64,000 nt of DNA from a virus: the IMG/VR virus record IMGVR_UViG_3300027908_000026; one strand, 5' to 3'. Below are positions 30,632 to 41,187 of the stretch, one piece after another. The position numbers were made by a program, and so were the translations under genes. The stretch's first letter is position 1; every line of letters starts with the position of its first letter. The notes under the pieces were generated by a model, which did not search any database, was not told the DNA's origin, and was given only the letters and a program-made list of their open reading frames with translations.

Positions 30632-31282
30632 TTATTCGTCATTCCTTATATTATCAATTAACTTACTGTTATTAAAACAAGACATTATGTCCTGCTTCGT
30701 TGGCCAGGAAGTTGTTATACACTTTTTCATATTGAATGGTATAACAAAATCCAAATCTTTTTTATCAACTTCTTGTACCCATTTATTATTGATACTAGAG
30801 AAGAACTTTTCTAGAGTATTCGTTCCCATCATTAGTGGGGATACTCTAGTCCAAACTGGAGGTGTAAATATAAATGCTCTAATGTATTCGTCTATCCCAT
30901 AAAACGATACGAGATAGAAATCGTTATCTGATAATAGTTCGGTGCCAGCGGCAATAAGTGCGAACTTACTATTTTTACCAGTGACATTAATAGAGTTTCC
31001 GTAGAATAAATCTGTACAATTCCTAGCGTTTTTGTTGACACTCAAATCGCCTAACTTAAGTTGCATACTAGATGATGTTAAATATAATGAGTTCCCAAAT
31101 TCATCCACCCAATGATTCTCTAGTTTGGTAGTGAATTCAAAGCCATCTTCAAATATAGAGTGGGGTTTTAATCTGCAAGATCTAATTATTTTTGGCAGGG
31201 TGGGATTATCCGTGTATGCTGTTAACAATTTCAGATGACCCTTAATTTTTCGATAGAATTTTTCTATATCAATATTTTTCAC
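30632..31282 (-). CDS. Hypothetical protein
   Basis: 216-aa ORF. Confidence 0.75.
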   Translation of the reverse strand: MKNIDIEKFYRKIKGHLKLLTAYTDNPTLPKIIRSCRLKPHSIFEDGFEFTTKLENHWVDEFGNSLYLTSSSMQLKLGDLSVNKNARNCTDLFYGNSINVTGKNSKFALIAAGTELLSDNDFYLVSFYGIDEYIRAFIFTPPVWTRVSPLMMGTNTLEKFFSSINNKWVQEVDKKDLDFVIPFNMKKCITTSWPTKQDIMSCFNNSKLIDNIRNDE

Positions 31283-31307
31283 TGATCAACACAATGTCTG
31301 TTTATTA

Positions 31308-31919
31308 CTATTCATCATCCTGGTTGTGTGGGATTCTTTTTATGAGATCAACAAAATTAACATCATCGGCAATGAATTTTTTCAATAGTAGATAGGTGTT
31401 GCGAGAGTCGTCTCTGGCATTATGTGCTTGAGCTATTTTCTTAACACCAAATAAATCACATGCAGCGTGGAGGTTTAATTCTGGCCGCTTAGTGCCATTC
31501 TCCTTTGCCTTAGCAATTAGAGGAGCGGCTTGTTTTCTGCATAGTGTAAGAGTATCCAACCATAACTCAGCCGGAAATTCTTGGTTGTGTTTGTTCCAAG
31601 CATGGTGAACAAATTTTCTATCGAAAGGTGCATTGTGGCAAACTAAACATCGGTGTGCCGGTGTCAACCCATCTTCTGCAAAAAAATTATTCACGGCTTC
31701 GATTGCTTCAATAATAGTAATTCCTTTATATAAATCCTGCATAGTTTTACCGGTTATTCGCAATGCATCAAAGGAGGCATTGCGCGGATTCTCTGCTTTA
31801 ATTATTTTTGTTATTTGGGTTTTATCAGAGAATCTTATTATTGATATTTCAACCAAATCGTGAAAGCTGTGCTTGATTCCTGTTGTTTCCGTATCCATGA
31901 CATAATATGCCAATGACAT
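31308..31919 (-). CDS. Second DEDDh 3'-5' exonuclease
   Basis: VMDTETTG, CHNAPFD, HNARDD. Confidence 0.88.
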   Translation of the reverse strand: MSLAYYVMDTETTGIKHSFHDLVEISIIRFSDKTQITKIIKAENPRNASFDALRITGKTMQDLYKGITIIEAIEAVNNFFAEDGLTPAHRCLVCHNAPFDRKFVHHAWNKHNQEFPAELWLDTLTLCRKQAAPLIAKAKENGTKRPELNLHAACDLFGVKKIAQAHNARDDSRNTYLLLKKFIADDVNFVDLIKRIPHNQDDE

Positions 31920-31939
31920 TAAGTTCTCCTATTTTTGAG

Positions 31940-32266
31940 CTATACTCTAAATGATTTCATAAATCTAATTATCGAAGAGCCAGAATCATAAATTGTTGCT
32001 TTTATGTTTTTCTTCTTGGAAAGATTTGGTTTAACGCCGGTTGGTGGGCGCTTATCCATCTGTATCAATGCGTCATGTTCGTCCATAGCAAGTATCCTAT
32101 ATGTAACGGTACAGGGGACCATACATTCAAGTTTGATGTCAAAATGTTTTGGTTCCTGCTTGATTGGCTTTTTCTTACCGGCTTCTTTTTCTTCGTCTGC
32201 CTTCTTCTTTTCGGCAGCCATTATTTCTTCGGGTGAACGGCCCTTTACTTGTATTTGGTTTGGCAT
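31940..32266 (-). CDS. Hypothetical protein
   Basis: TAATG coupling. Confidence 0.7.
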   Translation of the reverse strand: MPNQIQVKGRSPEEIMAAEKKKADEEKEAGKKKPIKQEPKHFDIKLECMVPCTVTYRILAMDEHDALIQMDKRPPTGVKPNLSKKKNIKATIYDSGSSIIRFMKSFRV

Positions 32267-32943
32267 TATTCCTCGTCAACAGCCTTTGTAATTAAATTAG
32301 GAGGGTAGTCTGGAAACTCAAATACATCCATTGGGAATTCCATTTGTTTTGACTCTGGTTGTAGCTGATAAAACCTTTTCAAGAAAAGTTCCTTTGCTTC
32401 TCTTGGATTCATAGATTTAATGTGGAAGGGAGCTGGCTCGATAATCTGCTTCCACTCAGGGTGGAGCGGGCTCATAAGGTCACGAGCTTCCGTAGCCAGC
32501 AGTATGCTATCGGCTTGTTTGACTATAGCCGGTTCGATCGGATTTAGATTAAATGCTTGGCAAATAACAGCCATGACTTTTGCTTCAACACGACTATATT
32601 CTTCAAAGCCTGCCATTCTTTTTATGGGGCGAGGAAGATCCACGAGGTAAGCTTCAGATGCGTCATGTAACAACCCCCACAATGCATGCTCCCCGCATAG
32701 ATAACTTACTAATACCGAATGCTGCGCCACACTGTAGAACTCGCGAACATGACCGCTAAAACGACATTGCATAGATAGGCTGTGAGCTATATCTTCAAGA
32801 ACAATGTCCTCTACTCTTGGCTGCGTCGGTGTAAATTTCTTTCCGGAATGCAGCTGTATCCATCCGGTAGGTTCGCGCTTGCTAGCTCGATTTTCTTTCA
32901 TCTCATTAACAAGATCATTATTTATCTTAACTTCGTTATTCAT
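32266..32943 (-). CDS. HD-domain hydrolase (YfbR/5'-deoxynucleotidase-like)
   Basis: DIAHSLS, YSVAQHSV, LLHDASEAY. Confidence 0.85.
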   Translation of the reverse strand: MNNEVKINNDLVNEMKENRASKREPTGWIQLHSGKKFTPTQPRVEDIVLEDIAHSLSMQCRFSGHVREFYSVAQHSVLVSYLCGEHALWGLLHDASEAYLVDLPRPIKRMAGFEEYSRVEAKVMAVICQAFNLNPIEPAIVKQADSILLATEARDLMSPLHPEWKQIIEPAPFHIKSMNPREAKELFLKRFYQLQPESKQMEFPMDVFEFPDYPPNLITKAVDEE

Positions 32944-33785
32944 TTACTTTTCCATTTTGTGTATCTTTTATATTTTCGTTTCAATTTTAGGTTGGCATTA
33001 GTATACATACTATCTAAAAAACCCATAAAAGCTTTATTAGACAGACATAACATATTGCAACTAATTGAACCGGCTCCAGTAAAATTTTTAATTCCATGTA
33101 ACATCATATCAGAATTAGATCGAATATTTCCTTTTACAAAAGGGTATGATGACTTATCAGGATCATTTAGACTACCGTCCCCATCAAAATATCCCCTAAT
33201 AAAGTGCCATATGAATTTTTCATCTATGTTTGGAAAGTTAATAACATTTGATTTTTTTCCCGGCTTTATCGACAGAATTCTGCATAAATCTATCGAGATT
33301 TCTTGTGAATTTATTTCAAATGAACACATTTGAGATTTATCGCTTGTAAATTTTCTTATTGGAACTTGCGGACAAATAATATTTTTTAACTGTTTGAGGA
33401 TTTTGATATCTTTTTGACCTATGCTTATTTTAAAGCCACGTTTCCCGATATGTCCATCTGAAGCTACCCACCCAAGTAGATAAGCTTTTTCTTCTGTGTC
33501 AATTGACTTAAAAAAATTATCGTCAATTGTTTTGTATTTGGTATTTGGGTTATTTCTATTGGAAAATTTTAATTTCCTTGAACAAAAAATACATATGATT
33601 TTATCGTTATTTTCTCTTAAAACTTTTAAATATCTTCTGTATTCTATTGCATATTCTTTTCTGCATTTGTTAGATATACAATAATCACATCGCACTGAAA
33701 ATTTCAGGTGCGAATGTTTATTTAAGTTTATCAGTTGATCCGAAGCCTCCGTCGCGGATAGCCATTCGTTTCTCACATAAATCAT
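32940..33785 (-). mobile_element. Free-standing LAGLIDADG homing endonuclease
   Basis: Two motifs AYLLGWVASDG and FIRGYFDGDG; start uncertain, overlaps dUTPase 3' end. Confidence 0.8.
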
Positions 33786-34242
33786 CGTATTCCTTGTTAT
33801 CTATTTCTACTATTTGCATTTCTTGTCTGCGCACAGGTATTATTTGTCCTATTGGATCCCCATGATTAATTATTAATTCATTTTTATCTTCGGGAAGATA
33901 TTGTCCGGCAAATATAACCTCGTGAGAATAGTGCTCATCTATTATACCTATTAAACTATGCATATATTTTTTGACAAAAGAACTGCTTCTTGGATGTAGC
34001 TGAAACCACCAGCCTTCGTGTGGTAATGCTCTAAATCCAAGTGGTATCTTAAAATATTTTCCTGGCCACAGTATAATTTGTTTATGATCGCTCGGTGCCG
34101 CTCGTACGTCGTATCCTGTAGCAAATGGTTCCGCCCTTGTAGGTAAAAACCGTTTGTCTTCTTTTAGATCCTCACGGAGTGCGAAAGAAAATTTCGGCGG
34201 TTCACTTACCAATTTTTCACGTTTCATATACGAAATTAGCAA
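33718..34242 (-). CDS. dut: Trimeric dUTPase
   Basis: TGYDVRA, PRSS, GIIDEHY, RDGGFGST. Confidence 0.88.
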   Translation of the reverse strand: MLISYMKREKLVSEPPKFSFALREDLKEDKRFLPTRAEPFATGYDVRAAPSDHKQIILWPGKYFKIPLGFRALPHEGWWFQLHPRSSSFVKKYMHSLIGIIDEHYSHEVIFAGQYLPEDKNELIINHGDPIGQIIPVRRQEMQIVEIDNKEYDDLCEKRMAIRDGGFGSTDKLK

Positions 34243-34248
34243 GTTTGT

Positions 34249-34809
34249 GTGGCGCTATCGACTTCTTTTCTTGGCATTTTTTCCTATAAATGTAAGATGC
34301 CCATAACAATGGCCCCTCCTGCACTTATTCTGATAAATAATGATTTAACGCAATCAATAATAGATACGTTCACAAGACAACTATTTCTAACATTCGTAAT
34401 GGACCTGGCAACCTTTAATGCGATAGTTGCTGCAGACGGATATTATCCACAATATATCTTACAGAGTGGATTTAGGGTAATGGTAATGGGACCATTAACA
34501 GATAAGACTAACAGAAATCTATTTGATATAGTGCTTTTTGCTAAGGCTGGATTAGTTGCCGTTGAACACAATAAAGTAGGACCTCCGAGCATAAATTTGC
34601 CAATAGATAAAGTATACTTAACGGCTCTGATTAATCTAAATAAACCGATATGGGAAAGAGTGCCGCACCGCCCTGACCTTGCCGATATTATGGCAAGAGA
34701 TCTTGGACAAGAAGGTATTGTTAATGATAGGAACTTCGACCCAATAGTTTATTACGGAACTGACCCACCCTTCTGGCTATTATCTAAGGGTGGAATCAAG
34801 TCGTTCTAG
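34249..34809 (+). CDS. Hypothetical protein
   Basis: 186-aa ORF; true start may be internal ATG (MPITM). Confidence 0.65.
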   Translation: MALSTSFLGIFSYKCKMPITMAPPALILINNDLTQSIIDTFTRQLFLTFVMDLATFNAIVAADGYYPQYILQSGFRVMVMGPLTDKTNRNLFDIVLFAKAGLVAVEHNKVGPPSINLPIDKVYLTALINLNKPIWERVPHRPDLADIMARDLGQEGIVNDRNFDPIVYYGTDPPFWLLSKGGIKSF

Positions 34810-35855
34810 CGACTGAAATTTATATTGGCCCAGTCGGGCTCATCATCGTTATATTTATCGGCGTTGTATCTTTCTTCGCTAAATAAATCTTCTTCGTAAC
34901 CATATGCAGCATGTGCAAACCTGCGCTCATTACGCCTATTACGATGAGTGCCTGTTCTGAATGCTGGCATAGAGTTTTGCTGTTCTATTATTTCTTCCGC
35001 AATTTCGTCGATTAAACTCCTACCGTTTCCATCAGTTAAAACACCATCGTCTATAATAGATTCAAGGTCGTAGTACTTTACTATGCTTGCGACATATTTC
35101 ATGGTATCCTTGGCTTCTTGAATATCAATGTATTCATCGCTGTCAGCACCTATAGAGTTGTGGTAACCACATGTCATGTTAACTGCTTCTCTGCATACTC
35201 CATTGGTCTTAATAGCTAATACGTCAGTCAAAAATCCTTGAACCTTGTACCGTGGTAAGCCAATCTCTTCTGCTATTTTAATTAGCAAATCTCCGGTCCT
35301 CCACGAACATAATTGAACTCCGCTTATATTAGTTACAAGCTGGTTAGAATTATTACCACGATCAACTTGAACTAGTAAATCAAAATTATTAAGTTCTGGG
35401 AATTTAACATACTCAGCGGATACTAACCCCATCTCTTCGTCAGTAGTAAAAAGCAATGCTATATCATAACCAGTATTAGTTGCAACCCATGTATTGATTG
35501 CAACTCCTAGGCGATCATCACCGCCCACCTGAGTTTTACAATCTCTATCTTGGATGATGGCACGAAGCTCTCCTTCAATAGTAGTCAATTTAATTGCTGG
35601 GTCTACTTCCGGCATCTGGTGAGACACATGGTCCCTACAGACATCCGTGTGAGCTACAAGGCAAACTCTTGGCTTACCACGAATAGCTAACATGTTGTGC
35701 ACTGTGCTAAATCTTGCATCTCGATGCGAGACGTAATCGTCTTCAACTATCTGAAACCCATTCCGCTCTAAAAGTTTTTTAAGGAATTTTCGCAAATCCC
35801 ATTCACGCGCCTTACAGCACTGTATTATAAAGTTTTCAAAAGAATATTTACTCAT
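34806..35855 (-). CDS. Zn metallopeptidase, M20/M28 clan
   Basis: AHTD, GGDDRLG, TTDEEMG, QVDRG, CGYHN. Confidence 0.8.
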   Translation of the reverse strand: MSKYSFENFIIQCCKAREWDLRKFLKKLLERNGFQIVEDDYVSHRDARFSTVHNMLAIRGKPRVCLVAHTDVCRDHVSHQMPEVDPAIKLTTIEGELRAIIQDRDCKTQVGGDDRLGVAINTWVATNTGYDIALLFTTDEEMGLVSAEYVKFPELNNFDLLVQVDRGNNSNQLVTNISGVQLCSWRTGDLLIKIAEEIGLPRYKVQGFLTDVLAIKTNGVCREAVNMTCGYHNSIGADSDEYIDIQEAKDTMKYVASIVKYYDLESIIDDGVLTDGNGRSLIDEIAEEIIEQQNSMPAFRTGTHRNRRNERRFAHAAYGYEEDLFSEERYNADKYNDDEPDWANINFSR

Positions 35856-35986
35856 AAATCCTCGACTAGGCAATGTAAGTCAAAACACAGTAAAGGTCAA
35901 TTATTTAATATATAATGATTTTGGCTACTTGCAAGCTTTTACTAGATACAATATTACAATAATGTGGTATTCTAAAAGATAATAAA

Positions 35987-37465
35987 ATGCCATCATTTAT
36001 TTCCATCCACCAGCTTTTTAAGGGTGCTGCTCTAGAATTTTCTGACCAATCCAAACGATGGATGCCAGAATGGCTGACAGGTCATCCGGCCATGAAGGCT
36101 GTAAAGAATTCACGTGTATTTAAGGTATTTAGTGTATTTGGATTAAATGATTTTAGACAACCTATTGAGGACCCAAGTGTCATAACAAATTTTGTTGATT
36201 TCTTAACAAACCAATTTTCTCATATTGTAAAACAATTGATTCGTGTACCTGACTCTCCAGAAGCAAATCAATTAGAGCAAGTATCTTATCGACTATTACA
36301 AGAAATAATTAGGCCTGGTGTGTGGGCAACAGATAAACACAGGCTGACGACACAAGTAGCATCTGATGATAAATTATTTAGGATAGATGCAGGCACTAGC
36401 ATTGTCAAGGCGTACAATGTAATTAAAGCTAGAGCAGTTAGGTTTGGTATAACAATGCCAGATATAGAAACAACAAGAGAATTCAAAGAATATAGTAAAC
36501 GAGGAAAACTAACTGTTGTATTTTCAACGAATCCAGAAGATATAGCGGCTATGTCTTCTCGTTCTGAATGGGGAAGCTGCCAAACAATTGATACCACGTA
36601 TGGTTTGAATGCTTGCGTAATTGGTTCATCATTAAGTAAGTTTATTGGAATTTGCTATATAACATCTGGAAAGCAACATGAAGATCGTGGCGAAGTAATG
36701 CTAGCTCGCTCACTTGTACGATTTGTTGTTGATACAAAAACAAATAAACCTGCTATCTTTTTGGATAAAATGTATCCGGGATATTATACAACATATGCCG
36801 ATATGATGAAAAGATCAATTCAGGCCAAAACATCGGTACCAGTTGTCGACCATGGAAAATTGAATATTGCGGAAGAGTTTAGTCGGTACAGAATTCCCGA
36901 AGAAAAAATACCAGGATTAATAGAGCACGAGAAATCTTATATAGACGAGCCAGAATTCTTCTCTAAGAAGCAAACACAGACAGATGAAGCTGCGCCCGTG
37001 AAAAATTTCAATGCTTTCAATTTGAATTATAATGATACATTGGGGTCGCTCATTGGCAATGCCGCTGCATCTGCCATTCAATCATGGATTAAAACTTCGA
37101 ACGGGCAATTTGATGAAGACCACGAGCAAAGTCGTATATATGCTATTCAATTTGGCAGGCAACTCGCGAGACATTTAACACGTCCGGTAAGAGATAAAAT
37201 TTTAGCTTACTACAGTAAAAGATTTAAGCCCGGCTGGGAACCAATGAAGGAAGGGCCCCTGCGAAAAATTATGTCAAGAACACTATTGAATAAAAACATA
37301 GAAAATGAAATACGTTCTTATGTAAACTATTATGTATTTGGTAATTGGACTGGTGCAGATAAAAATACATTTAGAAAAACTGTTGAAAAGAACAATATGA
37401 CAGAAATGCTTGTAGAATATTTGATTAACAATATAGCAGAAATTGTCAAGCAGCTTGATTCTTAG
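35987..37465 (+). CDS. Hypothetical protein (492 aa)
   Basis: Long ORF; IAAMSSRSEWGSCQ motif; no family recognised. Confidence 0.8.
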   Translation: MPSFISIHQLFKGAALEFSDQSKRWMPEWLTGHPAMKAVKNSRVFKVFSVFGLNDFRQPIEDPSVITNFVDFLTNQFSHIVKQLIRVPDSPEANQLEQVSYRLLQEIIRPGVWATDKHRLTTQVASDDKLFRIDAGTSIVKAYNVIKARAVRFGITMPDIETTREFKEYSKRGKLTVVFSTNPEDIAAMSSRSEWGSCQTIDTTYGLNACVIGSSLSKFIGICYITSGKQHEDRGEVMLARSLVRFVVDTKTNKPAIFLDKMYPGYYTTYADMMKRSIQAKTSVPVVDHGKLNIAEEFSRYRIPEEKIPGLIEHEKSYIDEPEFFSKKQTQTDEAAPVKNFNAFNLNYNDTLGSLIGNAAASAIQSWIKTSNGQFDEDHEQSRIYAIQFGRQLARHLTRPVRDKILAYYSKRFKPGWEPMKEGPLRKIMSRTLLNKNIENEIRSYVNYYVFGNWTGADKNTFRKTVEKNNMTEMLVEYLINNIAEIVKQLDS

Positions 37466-37479
37466 TTATATAATGAATT

Positions 37480-38025
37480 ATGATTACTGAATTTAAGAAT
37501 CTGTATGATTTTTTCAGTTACGCAGAGTTTTGTCCGCTCTGTGAAAAAAGACTAAGTTATACGGCCATTCTACCAATTGCTACCTCGTCTATTTTGAACG
37601 GACAGAGGTTCATTGTTTATAGTTCACTTAATGGTGAAAAAATATTAGATATAGATTTGGTAGATAATTCCTTTTGTATCTCTACTCCGCCCCCACCGTA
37701 TGTAAATATTTTCACTAATACTATACATTTACAAATAAGACAACAGTGTCGTAAATATCATTACCAACATATTGGATCTGTATTTTTGCATATTGGAACA
37801 AAAACTATTAATCTTATACAGCTTGACAGGAAGCATCTCCATGAACAAGTTAATAATAGTCATTTTGCTATCGCAGTTTCTTATGGAAATCGAAATGAGA
37901 CAAGTGTAAAGATTACGCCGTGCGGCAGTAAAACAAAAGAGGTAACTTTTAATTGCTCCGATTTTGATTTAAGTAGCCGAAAAAAGATCATTAGTAGGCT
38001 GCGAACAATTCAATTGCTAGGATAA
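37480..38025 (+). CDS. C-tag protein, Zn-ribbon family
   Basis: CPLC; ends RLRTIQLLG*. Confidence 0.8.
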   Translation: MITEFKNLYDFFSYAEFCPLCEKRLSYTAILPIATSSILNGQRFIVYSSLNGEKILDIDLVDNSFCISTPPPPYVNIFTNTIHLQIRQQCRKYHYQHIGSVFLHIGTKTINLIQLDRKHLHEQVNNSHFAIAVSYGNRNETSVKITPCGSKTKEVTFNCSDFDLSSRKKIISRLRTIQLLG

Positions 38026-38079
38026 ACTAATTGTAAATTTACAACTCAATACAAAATTCTAGAGATATAAATACTTTGG

Positions 38080-38679
38080 ATGAGAAGCATTAGGGAGTTT
38101 GTATATTATTATCGTAGTTGCCCACTCTGTGGAAACTGGATGACACTGGACGTCGATTCACCGCTGGCAACAACACTTGAAATCAAAAATGACGGGCTAC
38201 TACTTACAGTAATCGAAGAAAATCGAGAAGACAACAAAGAATTTTTTATAGATTTCAAACAAAATAAAGTTCATTCAGAACATCCCTTCGTACTAAAAAG
38301 CATTGTAAATATAATAAAAAGATTATATTACCCGGACTATGATGAATCATTTAAGATAGAAGCTAGATGTTATAGCTGTAATAATTTTAGATATTGGTCA
38401 AAAAATATGACATATAATGAAATGAGCAAGAGGCTAAATAATATTGGAATTAGCGGTGAACGCTTTCAGATGCATGAACTGAGTGGAACTAATGATAAGA
38501 TATCATACAAGATATCAAATGATTATAGAGCAAAAGAAACTAAACTGTATGTTTCCAGACCAAGTATAAGTAAAAAGATATTAACTATTAAAGTTCCGTT
38601 CATGCCTTTTGATAACATAAATTTTAATGATAAGGAAAAGATTCTAAACAAGATAAAAAATATGTTGGTGCTAGCGTAA
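38080..38679 (+). CDS. C-tag protein, Zn-ribbon family
   Basis: CPLC...CYSC; ends KIKNMLVLA*. Confidence 0.8.
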   Translation: MRSIREFVYYYRSCPLCGNWMTLDVDSPLATTLEIKNDGLLLTVIEENREDNKEFFIDFKQNKVHSEHPFVLKSIVNIIKRLYYPDYDESFKIEARCYSCNNFRYWSKNMTYNEMSKRLNNIGISGERFQMHELSGTNDKISYKISNDYRAKETKLYVSRPSISKKILTIKVPFMPFDNINFNDKEKILNKIKNMLVLA

Positions 38680-39252
38680 ATGTACATACGAGACTTTTTA
38701 GATTTTGGTAAGATTTGCCGAGTCTGTGGGAGCACAGGTACTAAAAGGATACTTGTATCTCTATACACAGTTATGTCGGAAGGAATACCAATCACGGAGG
38801 CTGAGGTTAAGAATGATGAATTAGTTTTCAAGATTGACATGCCTCTTAGGGAAGCTTTTCTGCTGTACACCCTTAGTATTGATGAGCACAGAGCGGACCG
38901 CAAAATTTTTAATCCAAAGAATTTTGACATGCTTTACGCCAACAATTTTAAGTTTACTCTTTCATGTACTGAGTGCGAACTCTATCAACTGGAATCTAGC
39001 ATGGTAACTTTTCATCCGCTTGGAAGTTTAACGAGCAACATATACCCAGATTCAGAGAAAATAACTATCGAGGACAATGACAGCATCTTTATTGTTAAAA
39101 ACTTAATAAGTGCTGATAGAGTCTTGATAAACTACTCATGCAACGATAATTGTGGGCTCATAGATTTACCATTTATAAAGATGAAGAATTTACCAGTAAA
39201 GAACAAATCAAAGATGTTAAGAAAACTGCGTACATTAATGTTGTTGTCGTAG
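38680..39252 (+). CDS. C-tag protein, Zn-ribbon family
   Basis: CRVC...CTEC; ends KLRTLMLLS*. Confidence 0.8.
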   Translation: MYIRDFLDFGKICRVCGSTGTKRILVSLYTVMSEGIPITEAEVKNDELVFKIDMPLREAFLLYTLSIDEHRADRKIFNPKNFDMLYANNFKFTLSCTECELYQLESSMVTFHPLGSLTSNIYPDSEKITIEDNDSIFIVKNLISADRVLINYSCNDNCGLIDLPFIKMKNLPVKNKSKMLRKLRTLMLLS

Positions 39253-39291
39253 CTTGACTATTTGCAGTTCGTGTACACACTATCTAGACCA

Positions 39292-39888
39292 ATGCTGATT
39301 AAAAATTTTATAGAATCTTACAAAAGCTGCCCCCTCTGTAGCGCCCCTTTAACAATCGAAGCAGAGAGTGCTTTTACTGGCGGGCCTACCCATACATCCT
39401 TTGCCGTTATGGTTGAAGATGAACAGCTTACAATAAATGTAAAAAGCGATTTTTTTGTAAGTGCCCGGCAACAAGCATTCGATTTTACAATTTCCGTCAC
39501 TGATGGCCAAATTATTTCTTGTGATCAGACTAACCAGTTCGTATCACTTTATGATTTAGAGATTATTCTCAAGAAGGAATGCATGGCGTGTGCTCGCAAA
39601 TTTCCGGGCGAAGTATTCTCTAAACAGATAGCGATACACTATGATAGATACGATAGTTCTTTTATTTCTAGGCCGTTAACTGAAAGCTTTGGTGTTGCTG
39701 ATGAATATAATTACTATTATTTTTGTAATAACTTTACAAACCGTGTATCGTTTTTGACCGTTCAACCTATCGGTAAAAGTACAAGGAATCCGCCCCTGCA
39801 TACACCATATATCCCATTCGAAAAATTCGATTTTTCCAATAGAGAGAAACTACTGCATAAGATACAATCTATACAGTTACTGCGATGA
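39292..39888 (+). CDS. C-tag protein, Zn-ribbon family
   Basis: CPLC...CMAC; ends KIQSIQLLR*. Confidence 0.8.
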   Translation: MLIKNFIESYKSCPLCSAPLTIEAESAFTGGPTHTSFAVMVEDEQLTINVKSDFFVSARQQAFDFTISVTDGQIISCDQTNQFVSLYDLEIILKKECMACARKFPGEVFSKQIAIHYDRYDSSFISRPLTESFGVADEYNYYYFCNNFTNRVSFLTVQPIGKSTRNPPLHTPYIPFEKFDFSNREKLLHKIQSIQLLR

Positions 39889-40466
39889 ACCCCCACGAGT
39901 TCCTACAAAAGTATCCAGTGTGCCCAAAGTGTGCTGCTGAGTTTAGGCAACACTTAATGGTATTTTCAGATGATATGATAGAGCCATGCTCCATCAGGAC
40001 CTATTCTTTGAGAGAATACGATTTGAAAATTAGTATGGAAGTCCCAGGTCATCCTAATATGTTAGACTTTTCAATTAACTATACCGATGGTGCTGTTAAA
40101 CTTTATAACAATACCAAATGGGACGATTTTCACTCCAATGAACCATTTAGCGTGAGTTTAGATTTTGCTTGCGAGAATTGCGGAATCTTTGAACACAGAG
40201 GAGTCTATGTTAGTTTCTTCGGCAGAACTTTAGCAAACGTATTCGATTTTGGTTGTGATCTAATATACTTTCAGTATGTCATAGATGATGTTTTGTATGC
40301 CGTTTCGACAGATTACGAAAATGGTAAAACCACGTTAGAGATTCATAAATTGAATATAGGTTTCCACCATAAACTAGAACTGCCAGTAATTGAGTTGAGT
40401 GTATTTGATTTTTCCGATAAATCAAAGATGAAAGAGAAGCTTGATACTATCATGCTTCTAGCGTAA
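39885..40466 (+). CDS. C-tag protein, Zn-ribbon family
   Basis: CPKC...CENC; ends KLDTIMLLA*. Confidence 0.8.
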   Translation: MNPHEFLQKYPVCPKCAAEFRQHLMVFSDDMIEPCSIRTYSLREYDLKISMEVPGHPNMLDFSINYTDGAVKLYNNTKWDDFHSNEPFSVSLDFACENCGIFEHRGVYVSFFGRTLANVFDFGCDLIYFQYVIDDVLYAVSTDYENGKTTLEIHKLNIGFHHKLELPVIELSVFDFSDKSKMKEKLDTIMLLA

Positions 40467-40478
40467 GTTTGGAACAAG

Positions 40479-40703
40479 ATGACCAATAGATATGATACTA
40501 TTGTTAATGTGTTTGAGGAAGAGTTTCGAGAAAAATTCTCCAAATATATTCTACGTTCAGGGAGTAGCAAAAAGAAGCTGCGTAAATTCTTTTTTGACAT
40601 AGCTATATTAGGCCCTAACACTATGAAAATTCTAGTTTCTGTAATTGAAAAAGATTTCCCAGAGCATAAAAAGCTATTAGATAAGATCCTTGTCCTCATC
40701 TAA
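40479..40703 (+). CDS. C-tag protein, small helical type
   Basis: Ends DFPEHKKLLDKILVLI*. Confidence 0.75.
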   Translation: MTNRYDTIVNVFEEEFREKFSKYILRSGSSKKKLRKFFFDIAILGPNTMKILVSVIEKDFPEHKKLLDKILVLI

Positions 40704-40707
40704 TACT

Positions 40708-41100
40708 ATGCAGTTAAATGATTTTCTAGAGTTAGTTTCCACCTGCCCAACATGCGGCAGTCGCATGGTTCATCAGATCGTGGAGTTGCATAAAGCTCAT
40801 GGCAATCGTAAAGTGGCATTTTTAGACTGCTCGTGCAAAGTTAATCATTTTTACTATGAGTCTTATGAATTTATATCTAATGATACGAGTAATCCTGAAA
40901 TTGAATTAACTACGGTATCTATCTATTTCATAGACTTTTCCGCGACGTGGTTTGACGACAAAAAAGAGCTAGTTTTCAGAGAATTAGATGGGACAATAGT
41001 TGCTAGAGCGCATCTGCCCAATAAGAATATTTTTGATTGGATTGTAAACCCGTACAAAAACATAGTTGATAAGATTAGCAATATGCTTCTTCTCAAATGA
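40708..41100 (+). CDS. C-tag protein, Zn-ribbon family
   Basis: CPTC; ends KISNMLLLK*. Confidence 0.78.
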   Translation: MQLNDFLELVSTCPTCGSRMVHQIVELHKAHGNRKVAFLDCSCKVNHFYYESYEFISNDTSNPEIELTTVSIYFIDFSATWFDDKKELVFRELDGTIVARAHLPNKNIFDWIVNPYKNIVDKISNMLLLK

Positions 41101-41106
41101 AACTGA

Positions 41107-41187
41107 TTAGTACCAATTGACAAATTGCTGACTGGTGGCAAAACTAATGTAAGGAAGAAGCTGGATAGCCTGCTGGTGTCGGTATGA
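41107..41187 (+). pseudogene. Start-less C-tag remnant
   Basis: LVPIDKLLTGGKTNVRKKLDSLLVSV*, stop overlaps ATG of next gene. Confidence 0.5.

Noticed and set aside
32782-33333. 183-aa plus-strand ORF and similar antisense ORFs throughout
   Set aside because: Shadow frames opposite well-supported genes.
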